The position numbers and the translations under genes are program-made. DNA of 64,000 bases from positions 47,492,001 through 47,556,000 of the forward strand of contig NW_026262690.1 of assembly GCF_021869535.1 (NCBI RefSeq). The letters run 5' to 3'. Numbering within the stretch: position 1 is the stretch's first letter; each line of letters begins with the position of its first letter. Positions 13,251-26,344 of the stretch are shown piece after piece. Under the pieces are notes generated by a model that saw only the letters and a program-made list of their open reading frames with translations, was not told where the DNA came from and made no database searches. The stretch comes from Mytilus californianus. Lineage: Eukaryota.

Positions 13251-15303
13251 TTCAATGAAAGGAAGTCTTGTTTAATTCCTATATAATTGTCAAGTCTAAT
13301 TTTTTATACTATTCCTTTTAAAATGTCTTCTATATTTATAAGAAATTGACATCAATTTGAATTAAAGGTTGTTATACATGTATGTGAATATGCAATATGT
13401 TGTCAATATCATCCTTTTTATATGGAATCGTGATTGGACAGTCTAATCTTCCTTTAACACCTCATAAACTTCATGAAAACATAATTTTTTTTTATCTTAG
13501 CTGCAAGTATATTTCGCTTGAGTATTTTACATTTTAAATTAAAGATAACTCTTTAACATGTAAAGAAAAATGACATTTTAGAAGACATAATTTAAAAATT
13601 TAAGTAAGACATTTTTTACAGCAATTAAAAAAAAAATCTACCATAACTTTCAACTGACTTTACAATAAATATGATTAGAAATTGTTATATAATAGTAACA
13701 AGCACTGTCAACCGTGTGAGGTCCTCATTTGTAGTCAAGGTCATTAACCCACCCCTAGTATTAGTAACGAGCCGACCATGCGAGACCCTCATGAGGAGTC
13801 AAGGTAGTTAAAGTTCCCGTAGTAGTAATAGTAACGATGTAGTGGTAATCAAACCTATTAGAATTTAAGATATTCCACAACAGTTATTAACATTTCTGAC
13901 AAGTTACACATTTTCGAATCAATAAAATACATTGCAATTGAGTCACAGCTTCGAATGAACCACAATAGAAGGAGGTTAAGATTTAGTATGAAAGTAAAAT
14001 CAGAGTAATAGTGTCGTTCCTATTGATTATTTTGTAGATCTTGAATAACTGATAATTTTTGCTGATCCCTATTTCTCTCTATCTATAATAGTTTTCAAGT
14101 TAATAGACTAAAATGATGTACTAAAAAAATCGTTAGCAATCTCTCCTATTAGGAGTTGTCTGATGAGTATTTTTACAGAGTAGATATATCTGGGAATTCT
14201 AACAAGTTTGCCTGATCGGTCTTTCTCTAAACTTTGAAAATAATAGAACCATTATATTTCACCGTTTTATGTATATTTAAAAGAAAGCTTTTCATCATGG
14301 TTCCTGGTTCATTTCAAAATAATCAAAATAATAATAAAGGACAACTTTATTTTCTTATCAATGTTGAACGAATGTCCTGTCAAATATTTTCGAATTAGGA
14401 TAGGGGCTTACAATCAACAGAGACAACGTATATATACTCTAAACCTTAAAGTTTTTCTTAAATAATGTGTAAGAATTATACTATGGGATTAAACATTTGT
14501 TTGTAGTGTTGAAGCTTTCAATATTGTGTTCATTACATCAAAACATTCAGTTAATTCCTTTAAAAAATGAAAATCTTATCGTGTCTATCTTCAGTTTAAT
14601 CTTTTAAATGAAATGATTGTTCATCTTTAATGACCAATCTAGTTTAAAGTATATAGATGGCATTTATTCAGCTTATCTTGTTAGTCTTTGAAAAGTTTGC
14701 CAGCCACTATAAATAGAAGTATATATATAAAAAAATATGAAATAAGTCAATGCACAACCAGGCATTTTAGACAAGACCTCGTAAGTTAAAACTTGCCGAC
14801 CTATCCATTATCATTTTTTTTCTTGCTTTGACAATTAAAAGTGTTTAACCTAACAAGACTTGTGACAAATGTATTTTCATATATTTTCCCCACTTTCTAT
14901 TCTCATTTTAATTTAAAATTACAACGTATAATTTATTAACAAATGAAGGTCTTTAATTGTTAAATACTACGTTTTCATTCCTTTCGATTTCCTTTTTGTT
15001 CAAAGATTGATTTTATTGACTACTTACGTGTTTTTTAGTTCTTTCAATGCACCACTATTTATACAAAGGCCAACATTAAAGAACTGAGATAAAAAGGACC
15101 TGTATTGTTTACTTTAATAATGCACATTTGATCAATTAAGACATAAATCGTCTTTATGAAGCATTGACAAAATTACATTGTTGTTCGGGAAAGATAATTG
15201 CATGGTGGTTAGCAATGAATAGTTTTATCTTTGAAACAATCTAGATGTCATTTATGTACCAAGGACGTGAAACCCTAGTCCGGTATGGAATAAATACTAT
15301 AAC

Positions 15304-18300
15304 ATGGTAAGAAAAATATAGTTTTCCAAAGTCAGTTTTTGATATGTTTTTTTTACTTATTTTTACCCTATCTCTTTATATAGATTATTCAAACAAAATA
15401 TGTAAAAAAAACCACATTTAAACACAATTTGCAAACATACAACCACGGAAAATATCTGTCAACGAACACAAACCATATATACATTTACAAAAAAACTATA
15501 TCCGGAACCGATTATATGCATACATGGTTTAAGCCTCACTTCGCGGTTAGCTTTGTGACCAGAAATATTCATTAGCATATTTCAGCGAAATTGGTTGCAA
15601 TGAAATACAGTGGCGGATCCAGAAATTTTCATAAGTTGGGGCCCACTGACTGCCTAAGAGGGGGCCCACTCCAGTCATGCTTCAGTTATTCCCTATATAA
15701 TCAACCAAATTTTTCCCACAAAACGGGGGGCCGGACCCCCTGCCCCCCCCCTTTCCCCCCTAAATCCGCCTCTGAAATACTATTACTATCATTCAAATAA
15801 AAACAGATAATTTCACATGTGACCGAAAAACACTGATAACTCCCTATTGCGCGTACCACAGAATTTTGTTGTTTGGTTCTGTCACTTTTTGAATATTTGT
15901 TTTATTCTGTGATTAATCAATGAACTGAATTATGTGCTGAGGGAAGGTTAGCATTTTTTTTTCTATTTGCGTGACACCCGTTGTATTGTCTGGTTTAAAA
16001 AAAAACTTAAAAAATAATTCAAAATACTTTGTAGGCAGAACATGGGCTTTCTGAAGAACAGATAGCAGGTAAGCCTACTAACCTAATTTAAAATACAGTC
16101 TAAAACTAATGACCGAAATTTTTACTGTTTCTTGACTGCAAGTGTTGCTACCCACCTATTGCAGTTCATTAAAAATTCTGACCAAATTGCAATCTTTTTT
16201 CTCAACCAAACTGTTCAACTGGTCAGAAATTTTAGCCAAACGCTGTAGAAATCCCTGAGTCAAGTCATCAAAATGCAAGGTGATAAGGTGATAATTTAAA
16301 GCATGCTTAAATATATGTGGTTACAATATGATGTTAATAAGTTTCCATGGGAGATTATCTAAAACCATTGACCCCTTTTTTGAAATGTTGATCTTTAAAA
16401 CTTCATGAGAACATATTCAAGCTTAAAATGTATTTCACCAAGTGTTTTAGATGTTACCCGGTAATTTAAAGAAAGCTTTGTAACATGCATAGAAAAACAC
16501 CATTTAAGAAGAAATAATTCAAAAACTTAAATTTTGACATTTATTCAGCAATTCAAAATACAATCCTGTAAGACTTGTTTTAAAACTATTATATTCGATA
16601 TATCTCTTTAACCAGACCTTATTACTATGATGAAAATATTGCTAAAAACTTCTATATACATCATTGTTATTATAAACAGTCATTTAAAGGAGATAGGTAG
16701 TCATTTTTTAATTGCTATAAAAATGTCAAAACTTAGCTTTAATACAATTTTTCTTTTAAAACGTCTTTTATTTTCATAAGAATCAGCCATCAGTTTTAAA
16801 TTAAAACCTGTTATATTCACTAAAATATATGTGGTTACAATATGTTGTTAATAAGTTTCCATGGGAGATTATCTAAAACCATTGACCCCTTTTTTGAAAT
16901 AATGATCTTTAAAACTTCATGAGAACATATTCAAGCTTAAAATGTATGTCACCAAGTGTTTTAGATGTTACCCGGTAATTTAAAGAAAGCTTTGTAACAT
17001 GCATAGAAAAACACCATTTAAGAAGAAATAATTCAAAAACTTAAATTTTGACATTTATTCAGCAATTCAAAATTCAATACCTATCATCTTTGGAATGCAC
17101 CTTTACAATAACAATTAGATGATAAGAAATTTATAGCTACACTTTCATAATAGCAATGAAATTGCCCAGTTGAACAGTTTGGTTTAATTAAACAAATGGC
17201 AATTTGGTCAGAATGTTGAAAGAAGTGCAATATGTTGAGAGCAACACTTGCATTCAAGTCACAGTAAAACATATTTATATTTAATAGTATCATGATTTTT
17301 TAAAACCCACAACGGGTCTTTCAGGCTTAAGATTTGAACGATTGGGACAGTTTTGTGTGATCATATAAATTCACACCCTTTTATTGTTCATCGAATTTTT
17401 ACAAGAAAAGCCTTCACCTTGTAAGCTACACAAGGGTTTGTCTTTGGGAATTGATTTCGAACGTAAAACTGTTGATTGATTGATTGACTTTTGTTGGATT
17501 TGCGCCATATTGCAAATATTTTACATACATATAAACAATAAATCTGGAGAGCTGATGGACCGGAATGGAGCTAGGGAATTTAGACTGACATGCAATGGTA
17601 AATGAGGTTATGTTGAATTGGGGCAGAGATTTTGAATTTCCATTTTGAGTGTCCCTATACCGACCGGACGTGGCTGCGGCCTATTTGTACCTCCCGCACA
17701 GCCAAAACGGACATTCTTCTTCGGTATAGCATGGAATTTATTGCCGGATATGGGCCCTTTATTGTTGAAAAATCCAGCTGTAATATACCAATCAGTCATA
17801 AAGAAAATAAATTTGTAGTTTTTTTTTTTTAAACCACAACAAGTTCTAAAGACGCTGCCCTGTACATGGTGTAATTTTTTTGCTACAATGAAATCCTAGC
17901 TGAATTCTGATCTCGTGTAAAAAAAAGGGATATATAGTAATTTTGGAAGTGTGATATCAGAACCATTAGATTTTAAATACGTTACAGTTTGAACTAGCTT
18001 ATACTAACTGCAAACTTTTCACATATTTAAAAACTATATTCTAGTTAAAATAGGCACTATCTATATGCATATGTGTGCAACTTCTTATTTGTCGTGTTTC
18101 GATGCATGTGTGTATATATATGTGTGTTCTTGTGTCTAAGACTTTTTGTGTCTGAATTTTCTCTTAAATATTATGAATGAATTTCAGCTATTAAACATGC
18201 CTTTTCTATCTATGATCGTGGTGGAGAAGGGGTTATTCTTACAAGAGAGATAGGAACACTAATGAAATCGCTAGGATACAACGTACCAAAAGATGAACTT

Positions 18301-21300
18301 GTTGATATCATGAACGAGGTTGATTTTGAAGGTTGGTCATACAAAAACTGTATTTCTTTTCATTTTAATTCCAACAGTTTTTTTGGGCAATTTGCATTTT
18401 AAAATGTCCTATGAATATCCGAGGATGTTAATCTAACAGCGCATGCTTGATTGTCTGAAGCAAGATTTTGACAGCCGATTGAGTAATTTAGTTAGATGTT
18501 CAAGTTATACATATATGGTTTAAAAATATGTTTGCAATATGACTTATGTAAACCAACATCAGTAGTTTATAAGACATGTATTACCAAAATAAGACTTAGT
18601 AGTCATAATTTAGCTATAGAATGTGAACGTTACTCTGTAATTTCTAGAAGTAATAGACCCTGTTGTTTTTGTAAAGATGACATTGAGGATGAGATACATT
18701 TCATTCTAAAATGTCCTACTTATCAAAGTCTTAGATCTTATTTTATTTCACCTTATTATTGGAAAACCTTCTATGTATAAATATATATAATTAATGAGTT
18801 CTATTAATCTTAGAGAGCTATGTAAATTCATATTTCGTGCACAAAAAATTAAGATCTGACATGTTGTAATATGTTTCACACTACCTTCTGCTATTTGTGT
18901 AGTTTATATGTTGTATGCCTATAGTTGTTATGACTTTGATAAATAAATATTATAATATTTACTTAGTATTAGATTTATAAAACTTATTTTTTTTATTTTC
19001 TAATTCATGAGATCTAAAAAATGGTGTAATCTCTCCTATTCATATACAATTTTTGTTGATTGCAGGTACCAGTGATTTTTTTAGAATAATACAGAATCAG
19101 AACTGATCGATGGAATATATGAAAAAATAACATGTATTATACTTACAAAATGCAATACAAAGTACAAACTTTTAGAAAATTATGGAGACGACTTATTATG
19201 CTTTGTGAACAGAATGCATTTTATCAGAACATTTTTTCTAATCTAAAATTTAAAATTATAGAAATGAAATCTTTTCCAACTGCGTGTTGTTAGATGACAT
19301 GCAATTCCAAATAATATGTTTTAGTTAATCACAAAAACTTTATTACTCCAAAGAAGCCATGCTTTCAATGAATAACAATGCATATAATTTTCCTAGTTAT
19401 TTTATTTTCATTCTAAAATGTTTACCTACTTTCAGGTAAAGGAATAATAGGTATACAAGAGTTTATGTCTGTAATGGTTAACAGGTCAAAAGAAGAAGCT
19501 TTCTCTAAAAAGTTGATAGATGCATTCCGGGTATTTGATGTCAGAGGAAAAGGTGTTGTTGACACTGAAGTTGTTCGCCATATATTTTCTTCAATGGAAG
19601 AAGAAATGCCAGATGAGGAAATAGACGAACTGTTAAAGGAAGCTAAAATTGATAAGGATGGTAATATCAAATATGAAGGTAAGTGTACAAAAAAATATAC
19701 AAACTCTTTTAAAGGTGTTTTTTTTAAAGTAAATATTGATTTAATCTTCTGTAAATACTAAGTTTGGCTAAGTCCATGTCGTTACATGTTATGCCATTGC
19801 AGGATGCATGTCATTTCGCGTATTTATCGTTCATTTTTGTAAGGTCACTAGATAGAACTAATGTGTAAGGTCACTAGATAAAACTAATGTGTAACATGAG
19901 TGTGTTCCTAACGCAACATTTATTTCACGTGTTACGATGAAGAACGACTGAAACCGATGTTACACAAGTTTTACGGTCACGATAACAAATTAGATATGTT
20001 CAAAAATGTGTCCTAAAAACAACACATCAGCATTTGTAACCCCTACATGAGAATGGTTACAATAGGTAACAAATGAGAACCAAGCAAATGCTGAGTTACA
20101 ATGGTTGCATTGGTTGAAAATGTTAAATTTACTTTTATCATTTATTATAAAAAACTTTTTTAAAGCAAATGCTATACATGGGTTACAATGGTATATGGTT
20201 ACAATGGTAACATGGGTTACAATGAATACAATGGTAACATGGATTACAATGGTTACATGGGTTGCACTGGTAACATGGGTTAAAATGGTAACATGGGTTA
20301 CAATAGTAACATGGGTTACAATGGTAACATGGGTTACAATGGTTATATGGGTTACAATGGTTACAAGGGTTACAATGGTTACATGGGTTACAATGGTTAC
20401 ATGGGTTTCAATAGTAACATGGGTTACAATGGTTACATGGGTTTCAGGTATTACAATGGTAACATGGGTTACAATGATAAACATGATAACATGGGTTACA
20501 AAGGTAACATGGGTTACACTGGTTACAATGGTAACAATGGTTTCATGGGTTACAATGGTTACATTGGTTACACTGGTAACATGGGTTACAATGGTAACTT
20601 GGGTTACAATGGTTATATGGGTTACAAAGGTAACATGGGTTACAATGATTACATGGGTTAAAATGCTTACACTGGTTACAATGGTAACAATGGTTACATG
20701 GGTTACATTGGTTACACTGGTAACATGGGTTACAATGGTAACTTGGGTTACAATGGTTATATGGGTTACAAAGGTAACATGGGTTACAATGATTACATGA
20801 GTTAAAATGCTTACACTGGTTACAATGGTAACAATGGTTACATGGGTTACATTGGTTACACTGGTAACATGGGTTACAATGGTTACATGGGTTACAATGG
20901 TTACATGGGTTACAATGGTAACTCGGGTTACAATGATTACAATGGTAACATGGGTTACAATGATTACAATGGTAACATGGGTAACAATGGTAACATGGGT
21001 TACAAATGTAACATTGGTTACACTGGTTACATGGGTTACATGGGCTACAATGGTTACATGGGCTACAATAGTTACATAGGTTACAATGGGTACACTGGTT
21101 ACAATGGTAACAATGGTTACATGGGTTACATTGGTTACACTGGTAACATGGGTTACAATGGTAACATGGGTTACAATGGTTACATTGGTTACAATGGTAA
21201 CATGGGTTACAATGATTACAATGGTAACATTGGTTACATGGGTTACAATGGTTACATGGGTTACAATGGTAACATGGGTTACAATGATTACAATGGTAAC

Positions 21301-24300
21301 ATGGGTAACAATGGTAACATGGGTTACAAAGGTAACATTGGTTACAATGGTTACATGGGTTACATGGGCTACAATGGTTACATGGGTTACAATGGTAACA
21401 TGGGTTTTAATGGTAACATGGGTTTCAATGGTAACATGGGTTACAATGGTTATATGGGTTACAATGGTTACAAGGGTTACAATGGTTACATGGGTTACAA
21501 TGGTTACATGGGTTTCAATAGTAACATGGGTTACAATGGTTACATGGGTTTCAGGTATTACAATGGTAACATGGGTTACAATGATAAACATGATAACATG
21601 GGTTACAAAGGTAACATGGGTTACACTGGTTACAATGGTAACAATGGTTTCATGGGTTACAATGGTTACATTGGTTACACTGGTAACATGGGTTACAATG
21701 GTAACTTGGGTTACAATGGTTATATGGGTTACAAAGGTAACATGGGTTACAATGATTACATGGGTTAAAATGCTTACACTGGTTACAATGGTAACAATGG
21801 TTACATGGGTTACATTGGTTACACTGGTAACATGGGTTACAATGGTTACATGGGTTACAATGGTTACATGGGTTACAATGGTAACATGGGTTACAATGAT
21901 TACAATGGTAACATGGGTTACAATGATTACAATGGTAACATGGGTAACAATGGTAACATGGGTTACAAATGTAACATTGGTTACACTGGTTACATGGGTT
22001 ACATGGGCTACAATGGTTACATGGGCTACAATGGTTACATAGGTTACAATGGGTACACTGGTTACAATGGTAACAATGGTTACATGGGTTACATTGGTTA
22101 CACTGGTAACATGGGTTACAATGGTAACATGGGTTACAATGGTTACATTGGTTACAATGGTAACATGGGTTACAATGATTACAATGGTAACATTGGTTAC
22201 ATGGGTTACAATGGTTACATGGGTTACAATGGTAACATGGGTTACAATGATTACAATGGTAACATGGGTAACAATGGTAACATGGGTTACAAAGGTAACA
22301 TTTGTTACACTGGTTACATGGGTTACATGGGCTACAATGGTTACATGGGCTACAATGATTACATGGGTTAAAATGGTTACACTGGTTACAATGGTAACAA
22401 TGGTTACATGGGTTACATTGGTTACACTGGTAACATGGGTTACATTGGTTACAATGGTTACATGGGTTACAATGGTTACATGGGTTACAATGGTAACATG
22501 GGTTACAATGATTACAATGGTAACATGGGAAACAATGGTAACATGGGTTACAATGGTAACATGGGTTACAATGGTTATACGGGTTACAAAGGTAACATGG
22601 GTTACAATGATTACATGGGTTAAAATGGTTACACTGGTTACAATGGTAACAATGGTTACATGGGTTACATTGGTTACACTGGTAACATGGGTTACAATGG
22701 TAAAATGGGTGACAATTGTTACATGGGTTACAATGGTTACATGGGTTTCAAGTATTACAATGGTAACATGGGTTACAGGTTTCATTCTCAAAAACCATTC
22801 ACCTAGTGTTAATATAGTGTAACCATTGTAACCGTGTAACTGGTCTTGAGAATGACAAAAGGTGCAAAAGTGAATGTAACCATTGTTACCAATGTTACCA
22901 TTGTAACCTATGTAACTATTGTATAAAGTAACCATTGTAACCTATGTAACCATTGTAACTCAGAAATTTCCAGAATCTAATTTAAAGTATAAACCAGTGT
23001 TACTACATGTATAGTGTAACCATACACCTTATCGCTAATCCCGCTTGACCCGAGAATCAGTCCCGCTCGAACTTTTGACGTCATACAACAATCACTTTTC
23101 CATTGTGGCGTCAGATATTTTCTATTATGACGTCAAAATTTTACGGGAACTTGTGTGATGTCCAGTAATGGCGGACAAATAGCGATAAGGTGTATTGTTA
23201 CTGTGTAACTGAAGATTGAAGCCTGTATTAACTTTATGAATAATAATACTTCAAAAAAATATTGAAAGTGAATGTAACCATTGTAACTCAGAAATTTCTA
23301 GATTTTAATTCAAAGTGAGAAAAAAAAACGCTTGTAAAAAGAGAATGTAACCAAACTCTGTACCTTACATATATAAAAAACTTAAAATGGTGAATGTTAC
23401 TGTTGTCACCAGTGAAACCATTCTCCTGTAGCAGTTACAAATTCTGACATGTTGATTTTAGGACACATTTCTAGCCATATATGTAACAAATTGTTTGATC
23501 GATAATATGTGTCTGCCTTAGATCCTGTCTTAGATATATCAAGAATAGTGATCTATTCTGTAAATGAGCCGATTGTGAAGTGACAATTACTAGTTGGAAA
23601 TGACTTTTAACAAGCTTTTGAAAAGTCTTTTAGATCGATACTTTTGCATTTTGTTAGGGTTTAAGTATGCTTAGTGAAGATCTAATAAGTCAAGCCTTTT
23701 TCAACTGATTTTCATAATTTGTTCTTATGTTGTGCTGTTACACCACTGTCACAGGTTAGGGAAGGATTGTCCAGTAAACATATTAAACATCATGCCATGA
23801 TTTATTTATAAGTTGTAATTTGCTTTGAACTAGTTTTCAGTAACTGCGAGTACTCTTAGATTGGTACTTAATTTTTGTTTGTGCTTCGTGCCATTCGTGC
23901 CAATCTAATAAGTCCAGTCATTTCCAATTGATTTTTACAATTTGTTCCTTTGTTGTGTTGTACCACTATCCCAGTTTAGTTGTTTTTTATAGTAACCCCG
24001 CCACATAGTTTATGATCTTGTGCCAAGTCAGAATCCTGTAATTCAGTGGTTGCCGTTTGTTGCTGTGTGCCATATTCGTTTTATGTTCATTGTTTTTAGC
24101 ATAAATTGTACCACATCTCATTATTTATATTTTATCTGTTAATGCAATAAATTTGCATGGTTATGTTATAATGATAGTATTTCCTAAATGTGTAGCTTGT
24201 AGAAGATAGATTTAATATTAAGTACTCGTGATATCATATTGAAAACTTAATGAAGAATTAGAACGACTTCAAGATTTGGTTAATGTTAATTTTTTAATAT

Positions 24301-25010
24301 ACATTAAAGCTTAATATATCATTCGTGAATGAATAAAATAAAAGAACATATTTCAAACCAATGTTACATATAGTCGTATGATTTGTAAATACACTGTAGT
24401 ACACGTTTACTCTACCTCATGTACATTTCAATAAAGATCGTTGATGATCGTAGGAAAATACGTTTTCTGGAGTGTTTAAAAAAAATTCTGAAATCTTACG
24501 AATAATTTGTTTTCATTTATATGTGTGTACACAACGCAAATATTCTGTATGACTTCGATACTTAATTGATCTGTGATGAATATTGCAAATGAAAGATCGT
24601 AGAACAATGCAGATATAAACATACAAATTTTTTTTCTTTTACAAAATTTTGACATATTATTAAGCAGATTGGTTTCTTGAAAGAAAGGATTTTTATAAAT
24701 CCACCTTTTTTCCCTATCCAATTTATCCCTTATACACGTTGTGTGTGATGCGAACTTGTCCTTCCATGGTTTAATTGAAGGGAGTGATAATAACTGTTTA
24801 GCCTTCAAGCTGCTAACATTTCCCGGTTATGTATTATATCTGAAAATTTCAATATATACCACATTTTCTTGTGATAATATGTATCTCATCTTTAAACAGC
24901 TACAGATCACAGATTTTAACGACAACAAAAGATTGGGATTTGAATTTTAATTAAGCCTTTATTTTATGTTTTTCTCTTTTTCAGATTTTGTTAGACAGAT
25001 AGTTAGATGA
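15304..25010 (+). CDS. Calmodulin-like protein A (149 aa), all four EF-hand loops degenerate
   Basis: Exons 15304-15306 (ATG|gtaaga), 16035-16068, 18188-18331 (144 nt), 19436-19678 (243 nt) and 24985-25010; phases are compatible, 450 nt total. [149 protein letters not shown]. Confidence 0.85.
15608..15774. mobile_element. Short GC-rich MITE in gene A intron 1
   Basis: TIR-like ends cagtggcggatccag ... aaatccgcctctg. Confidence 0.6.
16311..17078. repeat. Direct duplication of ~255 bp (period 514 bp) in gene A intron 2
   Basis: 16311-16564 is nearly identical to 16825-17078 (atatatgtggttacaatatg...cagcaattcaaaat). Confidence 0.85.
18440..18950 (+). mobile_element. LINE 3' remnant (CR1/L2-group C-terminal Cys/His domain)
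   Basis: ORF 18496-18780: [16 protein letters not shown]...[25 protein letters not shown], followed by an AATAAA-containing tail. Confidence 0.8.
20172..22780. repeat. 9-bp-unit satellite (ATGGGTTAC / AATGGTAAC / AATGGTTAC) with higher-order structure
   Basis: About 2.6 kb of 9-mer variants; landmark variants recur at spacings of 963 and 1107 bp. It produces all the MGYNG, VTMVTW and VTIVTH ORFs in the track. Confidence 0.95.
23024..23193. mobile_element. MITE nested in the right arm of the foldback-like element
   Basis: TIR acaccttatcgcta / tagcgataaggtgt; splits the unit gtaaccATtgttac and duplicates AT. Confidence 0.8.
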
Positions 25011-26344
25011 TATGTAAAAAGTAAAAGAATCTTACCTAGAGGATATACATTTTAACTGCTAAAACACATTGTATATTTGACAGTCAGATGATATATTTAT
25101 ACATGAATATACTGCATAGATTCGATTTTGATAGAATAGCTAGGACACACATATACCGCGTTTTGAATGTTTCTGATATAGATGTTCGTTCTCATGTATA
25201 AAATATAAAATGTCTTGCAAGATAAAACTGTCTTTTTAAGCCTTTGACATTGTCAATTCTTCTCGAAAATTTTTGTACTATTGGGTCCTAATTACAATTT
25301 TGTTTGTCTGAAATCTATATTTTATCTGCATCTATTTCAATATTATTCGTATGTTTATTTCAAATGTGCATCCACACAGAGGCTCTTTTAAACGATCAAA
25401 GTTATCCTTGTCAAAGTGTTTTGGTTGTGTTAACATGTATACAAAATTTTGACATATTTTGATGGTCTTTGGTGAAGTAGAACTCCCTCCTATTTTCCTT
25501 AAAACTTTTGATTGCCTTAAATTTGACGAGAACTGACCGAAGAGAACGAGAAGAGAAAAGTACTTGGCAATTATGAAAAAAAACAGCAAACCTGCAATTT
25601 TTTGCCATAGTGTTGTTGGTTTCTCTTCGACTTATACACTTTGATTGTCCGCCGTTTGGTATTGTCCGCCTCTTTTTTTTTTTGCTATCGAAGACACTTT
25701 TGGCAAAAGTAAAACCAGATGGAAAATACAAACAAGTTTAATGCTTTATGTGAAGATAAGTAAGCAAATTATTTTTGCCAAATTTGTGGAATTATTAAAT
25801 CAAGATATTAGATCGACCAATTAAACAATTGCGTGGATGTAAGAAACTATATGTCACAAACTTCAATAATGAGCGAAACCAATACTCTATAGTCAGCTAA
25901 AAAAGGACCCGACATCACAAAATGTGAATCAATTCAAATGAGAAAAAATCCAAAGGCATGATTATTGGTAACAAAATAAACGAAAATAAATAAAACAGAC
26001 AGAAACCAACGATAACCACTAAATAAAAGGCTCCTGACTTCGGGCAGGTACATAAAGAATGTGGTGGGGTTAAACATGGTTTTTGAGCGCTCAGTTGAAA
26101 ATGGCTCGACTCATTAGATTGGCACGAAGCACAAACAAACCAACTAACAAAAAGTCAAAAGAAAAAATTACCGATCTATGAGTACTCGCAATTACTGAAA
26201 GATTGTTAAAAGTCAGTTTTAACTAACAAAAATAAATCCTGTTCTATAAGACTTATATATCAATCAGTATATGCATCCACAGATTTAGTGTAAAGACGCT
26301 ATAAACAATCGAAAAACAGCATGACCGTGTGCAATGCCAAAATG

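Larger units (their letters stand above)
19997..23477. mobile_element. TIR-bounded foldback-like DNA element carrying an expanded 9-bp satellite
   Basis: 19993-20060 and 23414-23480 are reverse complements (55/68 matches by manual alignment); TA flanks both ends; satellite units appear in inverted orientation in the right arm (22819-22960, 23274-23290). Confidence 0.75.

Noticed and set aside
20172-22780. Interstitial telomere or G-quadruplex array (units contain GGGTTA)
   Set aside because: GGGTTA is never tandem; the period is 9, not 6, and G-runs are mostly GG separated by long loops.
19990-22935. 981-aa minus-strand ORF (VTIVTH repeats) and the overlapping VTMVTW and MGYNG ORFs as real genes
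   Set aside because: Open frames follow automatically from a 9-bp unit whose TTA falls in another frame; the array lies in gene A's intron inside a TIR element, and there is no signal peptide or unique domain. Kept only as a latent possibility in the findings.
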